DNA of 64,000 nt from Squalus acanthias (lineage: Eukaryota): assembly GCA_030390025.1 (NCBI GenBank), contig CM059433.1, positions 30,134,001-30,198,000 on the forward strand. The letters run 5' to 3'. The notes under the pieces were generated by a model. The model did not search any database. It had not been told where the DNA came from and was given only the letters and a program-made list of their open reading frames with translations. A program made the position numbers and the translations under genes. Shown here piece by piece: positions 1-12,172 of this stretch (positions within the stretch are counted from its first letter, which is position 1; each line of letters starts with the position of its first letter).

Positions 1-120
1 TGGAGAGGCAGAAGAGGGGGGAAGTGGAGGGGAAGCTGGGGGAAAATGGAGGGGGAGAGGAAAGGGGAGGAAGGAGGCAAAAAGAGAGGATGGGGAAGAG
101 AGAAGGGGAAAATGGAGGGG

Positions 121-1600
121 GAAGAAGTGGGAAGAGGAGTGGGGGAAAGAAGTGGGAAGAGGAGGGGGGGGAAAGAAGTGGGAAGAGGAGGGGGGGAAAG
201 AAGTGGGAAGAGGAGGGGGGAAAGAAGTGGGAAGAGGAGGGGGGAAAGAAGTGGGAAGAGGAGGGGGGGAAAGAAGTGGGAAGAGGAGGGGGGGGGGAAA
301 GAAGTGGGAAGAGGAGGGGGGGGGGAAAGAAGTGGGAAGAGGAGGGGGGTGGAAAGAAGTGGGAAGAGGAGGGGGGGGGAAAGAAGTGGGAAGAGGAGGG
401 GGGGGAAAGAAGTGGGAAGAGGAGGGGGGTGGAAAGAAGTGGGAAGAGGAGGGGGGTGGAAAGAAGTGGGAAGAGGAGGGGGGTGGAAAGAAGTGGGAAG
501 AGGAGGGGGGGGGAAAGAAGTGGGAAGAGGAGGGGGGGGGAAAGAAGTGGGAAGAGGAGGGGGGGAAAGAAGTGGGAAGAGGAGGGGGGGAAAGAAGTGG
601 GAAGAGGAGGGGGGGAAAGAAGTGGGAAGAGGAGGGGGGGAAAGAAGTGGGAAGAGGAGGGGGGGAAAGAAGTGGGAAGAGGAGGGGGGAAAGAAGTGGG
701 AAGAGGAGGGGGGGAAAGAAGTGGGAAGAGGAGGGGGGGAAAGAAGTGGGAAGAGGAGGGGGGAAAGAAGTGGGAAGAGGAGGGGGGGAAAGAAGTGGGA
801 AGAGGAGGGGGGGAAAGAAGTGGGAAGAGGAGGGGGGGAAAGAAGTGGGAAGAGGAGGGGGGGAAAGAAGTGGGAAGAGGAGGGGGGGGAAAGAAGTGGG
901 AAGAGGAGGGGGGGAAAGAAGTGGGAAGAGGAGGGGGGGAAAGAAGTGGGAAGAGGAGGGGGGGGAAAGAAGTGGGAAGAGGAGGGGGGGAAAGAAGTGG
1001 GAAGAGGAGGGGGGAAAGAAGTGGGAAGAGGGGGGGAAGAAGTGGGAAGAGGGGGGGAAGAAGTGGGAAGAGGAGGGGGGGAAAGAAGTGGGAAGAGGAG
1101 GGGGGGAAAGAAGTGGGAAGAGGAGGGGGGAAAGAAGTGGGAAGAGGAGGGGGGGAAAGAAGTGGGAAGAGGAGGGGGGAAAGAAGTGGGAAGAGGAGGG
1201 GGGGAAAGAAGTGGGAAGAGGAGGGGGGGAAAGAAGTGGGAAGAGGAGGGGGGGAAAGAAGTGGGAAGAGGAGGGGGGGAAAGAAGTGGGAAGAGGAGGG
1301 GGGGAAAGAAGTGGGAAGAGGAGGGGGGGAAAGAAGTGGGAAGAGGAGGGGGGGAAAGAAGTGGGAAGAGGAGGGGGGGAAAGAAGTGGGAAGAGGAGGG
1401 GGGAAAGAAGTGGGAAGAGGGGGGGAAGAAGTGGGAAGAGGAGGGGGGGAAAGAAGTGGGAAGAGGAGGGGGGGAAAGAAGTGGGAAGAGGAGGGGGAAA
1501 GAAGTGGGAAGAGGAGGGGGGAAAGAAGTGGGAAGAGGAGGGGGGGAAAGAAGTGGGAAGAGGAGGGGGGAAAGAAGTGGGAAGAGGAGGGGGGGAAAGT
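121..1600 (+). repeat. Polypurine minisatellite, unit ~25 bp AAAGAAGTGGGAAGAGGA(G)n
   Basis: Tandem units are directly visible and differ mainly in G-run length; roughly 55-60 copies estimated from length. Explains the three spurious low-complexity ORFs. Confidence 0.97.
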
Positions 1601-2645
1601 AGGGGGAGAAGTGGAGGTAGTGGGAGGAGGGACGCAGGAGAGGGAGGGATGCAGGAGGCAGGAGAGGGAGGGATGCAGGAGGAAGAGAGCGGAGATGTGT
1701 GGGGAGGAGGGAGAAGGGGAGAGATCATGGATGGGGGGAGAGTGCGGGGAAGAGTTTGTTGCACCTTATGTTTGGCATGACTGGGACATTCGTGTAATTC
1801 CAGCAGCACCTCACTTACTGCTCAGCTAGCAGTATTCATAATTTCCACTGATCCACGAATTTCATCCCTTAAAAGGATCGAGTTGATGAGTTTTTTAGGG
1901 AGAGAATAGAATTTTATTTTCGGGGGGAGTTGGGTGGTCAGTTGATGTACAGTTCCATAAATCTGTACACTCTTTGTTAATGCATGAATGCATTTTGTTA
2001 TTGTCTAGTGGATGTTTTTGCTTTGCATGTATGGTTGGGAAGTTATTTATCAAATTGGTAGCCTTTTTACTTATTGAAATGATTGTTAAATGTGGTGTTT
2101 ATACCTACAAGGGTCCTGCAGTCATAAAACTCTTTCTTGCATATATAAGTAGATGCCACTTTAAAGAACACATATCTGGAACCATTTATATGGAAATATT
2201 CAGCTTTTTCCATTAGATGTTGGTTCATTTAGTAATAGTTATGCTGCTGACCACGTTCCACCTTTTTTTACCTTTTGGTTCTGTTTACAGGGCTGCCAAG
2301 TGTCTCAGTTCTTGTGGCCTTGTGACACGTGGATTCCAGGCATCATATATTGGTTGCTTTTTCATGTGTTTCAGAAGATTGTAAAAGCAGAGCTGTAGTG
2401 AAAATAATCATGCTCTCTCTGTCTTGTTCCAATCCAGGCCCACTGGGTTACTGCTGCGATTTCAATTTTACTGTGGAAGCGTGTGGAGAAACAGAGCGAC
2501 TTTGGGGTGCATACATAATTCCTTGCAAGTGCAGGTAGATAGTCATAAATGGGCATGAAGTACAGGGGACGAGAAGTTAAATTTATTCAAGGTTAGGCAC
2601 AGAGTACTTTGTCAGTAGAGAGCATCTAATTATAGCAAGTACATC

Positions 2646-3422
2646 GTGTCAGCCGTGGCTCAGTAGCACTCTTGCCTTTGAGTCAGAAGGCTGTGGGTTC
2701 AAGTCCCACTCCAGAGACTTGAGCACAAAAATCTAGGCTGACACGCCAGTGCAGTACTGAGGGCGTGCTGTACTGTCGGAGGTGTAGTCTTTCGGATGAG
2801 ATGTTAAACCGAGGCCCCTCTCAGGTGGATCCTATGACACTATTTTGAAGAAGAGCAGGGAGTTATCCCCAGTGTCTTTTTATTAATTCATGGGATGTAG
2901 GCGCTGCTGGCATGGCCAGCATTTTTTGCCCATCCCTAATTGCCCTCAAAGGTGGTGGTGAGCTGCCTTCTTGAACCGCTGCAGTCCGTGAGGTGAAGGT
3001 ACTCCCATAGTGCTGTTTGGGAGGGAGTTTCAGGATTTTGACCCAGCGACGATGAAGGAATGGCGATACATTTCCAAGTCAGGATGGTGTGTGACTTGGA
3101 GGGGAACTTGGAGGTGGTGGTGTTCTCATACGCCTGCTGCCCATGTCCTTCTAGGTGGTAGAGTTAGAAGAAACCTTGGCGAGTTGCTGTAGTGCATCTT
3201 GTAGATGGTACACACTGCAGCCACGGTGTACCTCAATCAACATGTAAAACAGATTATCTGGTCGTTATCTCATTGCTGTTTGTGGGAGCTTGCTGTGAGC
3301 AAATTGGCTTCCATGTTTCCTACATTACAACAGTGACTACACTTCAAAAAGTACTTCATTGGCTGTAAAGCGCTTTGGGATGTCTGGTCATGAAAGGTGT
3401 GATATAAATGCAAGTCTTTCTT
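2646..3422 (+). mobile_element. tRNA-derived SINE with L2-type tail (Deu/SacSINE-like), interrupted by a LINE 3' end at ~2878-3228
   Basis: Head GTGGCTCAGT..GGGTTCAAGTCCC (A/B boxes) and tail AAAGCGCTTTGGGA...ATATAAATGCAAGT. Colinear with the copy at 59973-60570. Confidence 0.85.
2878..3228 (-). mobile_element. 3' end of CR1-superclade LINE (family B)
   Basis: Near-identical to 6250-6605 and the reverse complement of 54790-55140 (GGGCAATTAGGGATGGGCAA..AAATGCTGGCC tail). Confidence 0.85.
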
Positions 3423-3427
3423 ATTAA

Positions 3428-3860
3428 CACCTTACAGAGCATGTAGGGTAGATTCACAAGGATTGAGAGAGACTTGAGATCCTGGGACTATTCCTATTGG
3501 AACAGAGAAGACTAAAGAGATTTAAGAAGTTTTTAAAAGTATGAAGGGATTTGATGGGGTGAATAGGGAAAGACTACTTCGAGAGTGATGAGTGAATTAT
3601 CAATTTAAGAGTTTTTACTTCGTGAGGAGAGAAAGGTCAGAGAATTTTTAGAGCTGTTGGAGCATGGAATGCTTTACCAGTAGGAGTGGTTGAGGCAGAG
3701 ACCATTGCATCTTTTTAAGGGCAGAGTCGATAAAGGTTTGAAGCAGAGGAAGGTACAGGGCTAGAGAGAGAGAGCAGGGCATTAGTTTTAAGTTGTTATA
3801 GTAAAGAGTGAGCACAAATGTGATGGGCTGAATGGCCTTGTATGCTGTAAACCCATATGG
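3428..3860 (+). mobile_element. Degenerate CR1 LINE 3' fragment
   Basis: AGATTCACAAGGAT..., GTGGTTGAGGCAGAG and GATGGGCTGAATGGCCT tail, shared with the better-preserved CR1 copies in this window. Confidence 0.7.
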
Positions 3861-4157
3861 TAAACCTCTATACTTGCTCATATGCAGAAAACAACTTTTT
3901 TAACTTTTTAGTTTCTGCTTGCTGGGGTGCCCAGTCTCAGTTCCTGTGGCTTTGTGACACGTGGATTTCAGGCACATCGTATCATATAGTGGTTGCCTTT
4001 CTTGTACTGTATAACAATTTTTAAGATTGCAAATGTAACCAAAGTTTAAAAAAAATAACAACAGATGGGGACTTAAACCTATTGAATCAGAGGGAATCCC
4101 CAGTTGTGCTGATGATTGTGATGAGGAAATACTTGACACCCTACTCCTGGGGTACTT

Positions 4158-5098
4158 AGAATCATAGAATGGTTACAGCACGGAAGAAGGCCATTTGGCC
4201 CGTCGAACCCATGCCGGCTCCTTGCAAGAGCACCTCAGCAAGTCCCACTACCCCGCCCTTTCCCCGTAGCCCTGCAAATTTTTTTCTTTTGGGTACTTAT
4301 CCAACTCCCTTTTGAAAGCTGTGATTGAGTCTGCCTCCACCACCCTTTCTGGCACTGCATTCCAGATCCTAACCATTTGCTGTGTAAAAATGTTTTTTCT
4401 TATGTCGCCTTTGGTTCTTTTGCCAATCATCTTAAATCTGTGTCCTCTGGTTCTCGACCCTTCTGCCAATGGGAACAGTTTCTCTCTATCTACTCTGTCC
4501 AGACCCCTCATGATTTTGAACACCTTTATCAAATCGCCTCTCAATCTTCAATACTCTAAGGAGAACAACCCCAGCTTCTCCAGTCTATCCACGTAACTGA
4601 AGTCCCTCATCCCTGGAATCATTCTCGTAAATCTTTTCTGCACCCTCTCGAAGATCCACATCCTTCCTGTAGTGCGGTGCCTAGAATTAGGCACAATACT
4701 CCAGTTGAGGCTGAACCAGTGTTTTATAAAGGTTCATCATAATTTCCATGCTTTTGTACTCTGTACCTCTATTCATGAAGCCCAGGATCCCATAAGCTTT
4801 TTTAACTGCTTTCTCAAACTGCCCTGCCACCTTCAACGATCTGTGCACATATACCCCTAGGTCTCTCTGTTCATGCACCCCCTTTAGGATTATACCCTTT
4901 AGTTTATATTTCTTCTCTTTATTCTTTCCACCAAAATGTATCACTTCGCAATTTTCTGCGTTAAATTTCATCTGCCATGTGTCCGCCCATTCCAACAGCC
5001 TGTCTATGTCCTCTTGAAGTCTATCACTATCCTCCTCACTGTTCACTATACTTCCAAGTTTTGTGTCATCTGCAAATTTTGAAATTGTGCCCTTATCC
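4158..5098 (-). mobile_element. 5'-truncated CR1 LINE (RT C-terminal part and 3' UTR)
   Basis: ORFs 4687..5100 (ISKFADDTKLG...WQMKFN...LEYC) and 4248..4544 (RGDLIKVFKI...TRGH). Tail CATTCTATGATTCT on the - strand. Confidence 0.93.
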
Positions 5099-6034
5099 AC
5101 CTACCTAGCAAAATCCAGCCTCCTGCTTTGAAACAAGAAATGCTCGTGGTGGAGAGGCACAGCTACTAATGCAGATAGAGTATAGCTGTATGTTGGAAAC
5201 AAACAGGCTTGTTTTGGGAAGTCTGAGTGAAGCACACTTTAAAAGGAGATTGGGCAAAGGAAGTAACATAAATTCATAGTTATTCTGCTTTTTGGTTGTC
5301 ATGGAGGGAAAATTTGGGATATTTGCACAAAATTTATTTACGATGAATGAAAAAGGTTTAGCTTGTTAGGTTATTTGCATTTGTTATTTTAATAATCTTT
5401 GATTCAGATTTTAAGGTTCTTGTGTCTCATGGCTTTTAATGTATTTCAGTTCTTATCTCCTCCTTGGCAATCCTTTGATATGAGCAGCAAGGCACAGAGG
5501 TCAGTGAGTGTACAAACTACATGTTCCTGAAATTGACCTCTGCATATAAACATAGTTACATATAAACATAGTCAGAAGAAAATTGACAACTGTGGAGCAC
5601 TACAGCTTTGAATTACTCTGTCGCTTAACATTCAGTACCTAGTTGTTGCCCCTTTTAGAGAAAAAAAAGCTTTTTTTTGTGCAGTACTTCCTGTCATGGA
5701 TTCCAGATATAATTTACCTTTTAGAATGTTACTGTCTTGGTTTAAATCTCCATTTGGCAATATTTGTAGTAATACATTGGTGGATGCTGAATGGTCTTTT
5801 TAATAGTGAAAGAAGCAATTCATGAAAATGCATCCTGTTTTCTTTTATCCCAGTGTCAAAAGATCAGCTGTACTCGATCAAATATTTCTACCTTGTCATG
5901 ACTATTAAGAGTCTGGTTTGATGGATTTCATTTTCTCATCATTAAGTACATCATGACCAGGACCACTGATCTATAGTAACTGAATAAATAAAAATCCATC
6001 TTTATTCCTTGGAATTCTGGGATTTTTACTAATA

Positions 6035-6190
6035 GGAACAGGTACAAAAATAATTTTAAAGGCTAATGGAATGTTGGCCTTTATCTCAAGGTGGCTGGAA
6101 TACAAAGAAGTTGTATTAGTTATATAAAGTTCTACTTAGACCACATTTAGAGTACTGCGCTCAGTCTGAGCACCGCACCTCAGGAAGGAT
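6035..6190 (+). mobile_element. CR1 LINE fragment, 5' half of a copy that resumes at ~8632-8930
   Basis: AAGGCTAATGGAATGTTGGCCTTTAT...GCACCTCAGGAAGGAT continues naturally into GATATATTGGCCGTGGAGCGGGTGCAG at 8632, as in the equivalent region of the other CR1 copies. Confidence 0.7.
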
Positions 6191-7185
6191 TTTTTAAATA
6201 TTCGTTCCTGGGATGGGGGCGTTGCTGGCAAGGCCAGCATTTATTTATTTTTTATTCGTTTATGGGATGCGGGCGTCGCTGGCAAGGCCAGCATTTATTG
6301 CCCATCCCTAATTGCCCTTGAGAAGATGGTGGGGAGCCGCCTTCTGAACCGCTGCAGTCCGTGTGGTAAAAGTACTCCTACAGTGCTGTTGGGTAGGGAC
6401 CCAGCGGCGATGAAGGATCGGCGATATACTTCTAAGTCAGGATGGTGTGTGACTTGGAGGGGATCTTGGAGGTGGTGGTGGTCCTGTGCGCCTGCTGCCC
6501 TTGTCCTTCTAGGTGGAAGAGGTCGCGGGTTTGGGAGGTGCTGCCGAAGAAGCCTTGGCAAGTTGCTGCAGTGCATCTTGTAGATGGTACACACTGCAGC
6601 CACGGTATGCCGGTGGTGGAGGGAGTGAATGTTTAAAGTGGTGGATGGGGTACCAATCAAGTGGTGAGACACTCACTGCAGAATGCCCAGCCTCTGACCT
6701 GCTCTTGTAGCCACAATATTTATGTGGCTGGTCCAGTTAAGTTTCTGGTTAATGGTGACCCCTAGGATGTGGATGTTGTTGGATTCGGCGATGCTAATGC
6801 TGTTGACTGTCAAGGGGTGGTGGTTAGACTCTCCCTTGTTGGAGATGGTCATTGCCTGGCACTTGTGTGGCACAAATGTTACTTGCCACTTATCAGTCCA
6901 AGCCTGAATGTCGTCCAGGTCTTGCTGCATGCGGGCATGGACTGATTCATTATCTGAGGAGTTGTGAATGGAACTGAACACTCTGCAGTCATCAGCGAAC
7001 ATCCCCACTTCTGACCTTATGATGGAGGGAAGGTCATTGATGAGCAGCTGAAGATGGTTGGGCCTAGGACACTACCCGAGGAACCCCTGCAGCGATGTCC
7101 TGGGGCTGAGATGATTTGCCTCCAACAATCACAAACATCTTCCTCAGTGCTAGGTATGACTCCAGCCAGTGCAGAGTTTGCCCCG
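6191..7185 (-). mobile_element. 5'-truncated CR1-superclade LINE (family B) with duplicated 3' terminus
   Basis: ORF 6673..7008 (MFADDC...WQVTF..KCQAMTIS) matches the copy at 53645-55140. The GGGATG..GGCGT.GCTGGCAAGGCCAGCATTTATT terminus occurs twice (6209-6245, 6264-6300). Confidence 0.9.
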
Positions 7186-7344
7186 ATTCGGTACGTTACC
7201 ATGTTAATTCTGCAATAAGAAGCTAGTATCCGTAATGGTGACCATGAAACTAGTGGCTTGTCGTAAAAAAAACATCTGGTTCACTAATGTCCTTTTGGGA
7301 AGGAAATCTGCCGTCCTTACCCGGTCTGGCCCACTTGTGACATT

Positions 7345-8532
7345 ACCTTTTTGGATGTTGTCTACATGGATTTTCGGAAGGTGTTTGACAAAGTACCATA
7401 TAGAAGGTGGTTAACAAAATTGAGGCTCATGGAATAGGTGGGTCAGTGGCAGCTTGGATAAGGAATTGGCTTAAGGACAGAAAGCAGCGAGTTGTGGTAA
7501 ATGGCTGTTTTTTAGACTGGAGGATGGTAGACAGTGGTGTTCCCCAAGGGTCAGTGCTGGGGCCACTGCTCTTTTTGATGTATATAAATGACCTGGATAT
7601 TGGAATACAGAGTAGAATTTCTAAATTAGCCGATGACATCAAACTTGGGGATGTGGCAAACAGTGAGGATGATACCAATCGACTGCAACAGGACATAGAA
7701 AGACTAGCAGAATGGGCAGACAACTGGCAGATGGAATTTAATAGAGAAGTGTGAGGTGATACATTTTGGCAGAAGGAACAGGGAGAGGCAATATACACTT
7801 AATGGCACAGTTTTAAAGAGTGTGCAGGGACAGAGGGACCTGGAAGTTAATGTGCATAGGTCCCTGAAGGTGGCGGGACATGTTGAGAGAGTGGTTAGCA
7901 AAGCATATGGGACCTTAGGCTTCATAAATAGAGGTATTGAGTACAAAAGTAGAGAAGTTATGCTGAACCTTTATAAAGCGCTGGTTAGGCCACAACTGGA
8001 GTATTGCGTCCAGTTCTGGTCACCACACTTTAGGAAGGATGTGAAGGTACTTGAGAGGGTGCAGAGGAGATTTACCAGAATGGTTCCAGGGATGGGGGAT
8101 CTTCGCTACAAGGACAGGTTGGAGAAGCTGGATTTGTTTTCATTAGAGCAAAGGAGGTTGAGGGGTGATTTGATAGAGGTGTACAAGATTATGACGGGTT
8201 TGGATAGGCTAGACGGGGAAAGGCTGTTCCCACTAGTTGATGGTACAAGGACTAGGGGACACAGATTTAAGGTTTTGGGCAAGAGATACAGGGGGAACGT
8301 GAGGAAAAACTTTTTTATGCAGCGAGTGGTGAGGACTTGGAACTCGCTGCGGACGGAAGTGGTGGAAGCGGAGACACTCAATGTTTTCAAGGGGAGACTG
8401 GATAGGCACTTCAGAGAAATAAACTTGCAGGGCTACGGGGATAGAGCGGGGGAGTGGGATTGACTGGATTGCTCCACAGAGAGCTGGCACGGACTCGATG
8501 GGCTGAATGGCCTCCTTCTGTGCCTCTATGAC
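7345..8532 (+). mobile_element. 5'-truncated CR1 LINE
   Basis: DVVYMDFRKVFDKVP, SGVPQGSVLGPLLF..YINDL, LADD, and 235-aa ORF 7756..8463. CR1 tail GATGGGCTGAATGGCCTCCTTCTGTG...CTATGACTCT. Confidence 0.95.
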
Positions 8533-8631
8533 TCTGGTTTATATGTGACTCCAGACCCACAACAATGTGGTTGACTCTTAACTGCCCTCTGAAATGGTCC
8601 AGCAAACCACTCAGTTGTACCAAGCCACTAC

Positions 8632-8930
8632 GATATATTGGCCGTGGAGCGGGTGCAGGGCAGATTCACAATGTTACCTGGGCTAAAATGGTTCAATTAT
8701 GAGGACAGTGTGTATAGACTGAGCTTGTATTCCCTTGAGTATAGAAGATTATGGGTGTGATCTAATTGAGGTGATTAAGAAGATTGAAATATAGGATAGA
8801 GAGAAACTATTTCCTCTGGTGGGAGTGTCCAGAACAAGGCGGCTTAACCTTAAAGTTTGAGCTAGGCCATTCAGGGGTGATGTCAGGGAGCATGTCTTCA
8901 CGCAAAGGGTAGTGGAAATCTGGAACTCTT
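8632..8930 (+). mobile_element. CR1 LINE fragment (continuation of 6035-6190)
   Basis: CR1 RT C-terminal and 3' sequence (GATCTAATTGAGGTG, GTGGAAATCTGGAACTCT). Confidence 0.7.
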
Positions 8931-11900
8931 TTTTTTGTGCTGTAACTTGCTGGAAGTGTGAGCTGGTAAAGGCGCGATAAGGGCAACGGCATCTGTGACC
9001 TTGGTGAGCGACAGGACCGACAGTCTATCTCCTCAACCAATCAGATTTAAGGATTGAGAAAGAAACAGACGAACGACGGCAAAGGAAATAGAGTGAATTA
9101 AAGTCAAATCGGGGCTGAAGAGTTTGCGTTGCATTGCAGGAACATAAATTGAGTCATTAAAAAGGTACTTGCATTGTTAAGTACCAGCCCTAACTTTCTG
9201 CAGTGATTTTATTGCCAATTTATGTGCAAATGTACCAATTTCTTGATACCCATGAGCTGCTGTTTTCGCAATGCTAACAGTGGCGTGGTGCAAATGGTCC
9301 AGCAACTTGTGATGATTTGTAATTCATGGTATATCTTCCTCGCCACAAGTTGCTGGACAATTTGCACAATAATGGCATGTTTTTGGCAGCAAATTCTGGC
9401 CCATAATAATTCTAGTTGAAGATGTGAATTTGCTGTTTGCTTGTCATTTGCTGGTGCTCTGCAATGCTCAGTAAGAAAGTAAAAGCCAGTCTGGTACAAT
9501 TTTGTAATGAATTTTTAATGCTCAGTATAAAACATTTAAAATATTACATTGTACCTTGTGTTCCCTTTTTTGAAGAAAAAACTTGACCTTTGAAAGAAAC
9601 CAGCTTTATACCTGACCAGTAACACATTGCTCCATTGTTGCTGCTGCTAACTTCAAGTGGCTGGTTGGTTATAACATTGTTGTGCGATGGAGTATCGCAA
9701 TATGTTTGAAAATGTGAATTTGGTTAATGTGAACACTAGAAGTTTTCCCTGTTTGTTGAACATACATTTCAGGAGATGTTAAGCTTCTTTCATGGTTTAT
9801 AATTTTATTTGAACCCCTGCACTATAGTACCTTGTAAGATACTCTAACTTATATATTATCCTCTTTAGTGGAATCTCTATTGTTATACACTGGAGTTTTT
9901 TTTTAAAGGTACAAATGCTTGCAGTTATACCATGTTTGGACTCCTGTATCTGAAAAAACTGTCATGTTATCTTTAGTAATTTATAACTTTTTGGGATGTT
10001 CACATTTTGATAATTTCACATCAGCCTCTGTTCCTTACTAAAATATGCACACTATAGAACATTGGTGAGTTGGAACATAGATCTATAAACCAAACGTGAA
10101 TAAGCTACTAATTAAACTTAACAAAAGTTTTTAAAAGGCATTTTATTAACTTCTATTTCTGTTGTAGCCAGGGCTAAAAATTTGGAATTGGCCTAGCTAC
10201 TTAGAGTTATGTTGCTTCATGTATTTACGTAGCACTGTAGTTACGCACATTTTCAATAAGTTTTATTGTAGTTAGCAAGATGGGGGGACTAAATGTCAGT
10301 GCTGCAGAATGAATTAAATGAACTATTTTTGACACTCTGCAAGTATCATTCTTGGATGAGAATTAGAATGTCCAGCTGTGGAGTAAAACTTCTCACCTTT
10401 GTCCTTCTTCTGGCCTGTTTGAGTCAGGCCTCCAAATTGTTGATTGGATTGTACTGAATTGTGGGCTTATGTTCAGTAGAAATCACATTTGGGATCCTTG
10501 AGAACTGAAATGAGAGATGCATCCATTTTGTTAGTCTGGGCTAGGAGCAGCTTAACCAATTACATTGCTCAATTCCATAAAACTTCTGATTTCTAAAATT
10601 GTTGGGAAATGCTGCAGGTAATTATGCCAGAGAATTTGTTTTATGTGCCAAATTTCATCCCTAAAAGTTCCTTAGTTGAGATCAGCTGACTCAGTGTCAG
10701 CGCAGATATGGATTGAATGATGGACCTCTGGATCGCTCATCTCACTGGATAAACTTGCTCAATTTTGGGGGAGCCAATCCCTTCAATTTAAAATGCCATG
10801 GGAAACATTAATAACATATGGCTAAGTAAAGCTTCAAGTCCATTTAATTTAGTTTGCTATGTTTTATTTTCTGTTCTCATCACATTTTCAATTCCTTTTT
10901 CTGATTTTACTGAAACATCTCCACAGTACTGCTGCTCTCTTGGGTGCATGTAAGGGGCGGGGTTTGATTTGTTCTTTCTAGAGATCAAAGTGGGATAAAA
11001 ACAGTGTCTGTATCTGAGGTATAAGAGGTCTACATTAAACCTTTTGAGTAATGTGGAACAAATGCTTAGTGGCTAAAAGGTTCACATGAGGATAGCTAGA
11101 GTGGGAAATCAAAAAAATCATACTGGTGCAGTAAGAGCACTTTTCAGAGATTGAAGTTAAGGCTTGTTTCAGGGTAAAATAAAAGCAAGTTTATTTTGTG
11201 AGTGATTATTTATATTTTTGGTAATTTATGTATATTATTGATAAACTAAAATATGCCCCTCCATTACAGAACAAGATACTTACCTGAATTTTTTTTAAAT
11301 TTCAATTTTGTGCCACCATTTGGACAGACTCTAGTACATCCTTCCTGCTAGGCCACTCCAGTGACCTCAATTATGGTGAGTGTCTGGAGCTGTCGGAGAA
11401 ACAGCAAGGAGGCGTGACTTCAAACCTGCCTGCCAGCTGTTCTGGAGTGAGTTGACCTCTGAAAGTGCACTAAAGCTTGTTTTGCAAGATACATAGGGTA
11501 GAATTTACAGAAAGTAATTCAAGTAGGGTTGAGATTTGTGGCATTTTTGTTTGATTTGTGATGGGAGAAATTCTCTCACTGACTCAACTAGGAAATCGAA
11601 TGAGAGCTCACTGGTTGGTGGCTTGTGAGAAGGAACCTTCGAAAGTAGTGCTGATTCAGAAATAATCCTCTGCAAATGAACCGGTATTGCATGCACGTAT
11701 GTGGTACTTGGTTGGCACCACATTGTATAAATTTTAAGCGTCTACTGTTAAGCTTGGTTGATAATTCTCCATTTCCATTGAGAATTGTGCTGTATCTGTC
11801 TATACTGAAAAACTTTTTTGATACCTGTCGTGTAACCTTTTTTCAGTTTTTCTTAAAAATAAAAAATAACATGCTATTTTGTTAGCTTGTTTTGGAATTT

Positions 11901-11987
11901 TCCCTAAACCCCCCCCTTGAAGATTCACTATCCTTCTTCTGAAAAAAATTGTAGTTATGTTTGTTCTGTTCCTCTTGTTTCAGAAAA

Positions 11988-12172
11988 GATAACTGAATTC
12001 AACCAGTGTTGAACCTACAAGGCAAAGCTGAATTCAACCAATGTTGAACCTACAAGACAAAGCAGTTGAGGTCAGATAACTCAATTCAACCAGTGTTGAA
12101 CCTACAAGGCAAAGCTGTTGAGGTCAGGACAACCGAGATCAATCGGTGTTAATCCTACATGCAAAACTGTTG
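11988..12172 (+). repeat. Short degenerate tandem repeat, 4 copies, core TTCAACCAGTGTTGAACCTACAAGGCAAAGCTG
   Basis: Cores visible at ~11998, ~12033, ~12085 and a diverged one at ~12138. Confidence 0.85.

Noticed and set aside
24..1829. Three 500-600-aa G/E/K/R-rich ORFs
   Set aside because: They arise in all three frames from a stop-free purine minisatellite; there is no evidence of coding function.
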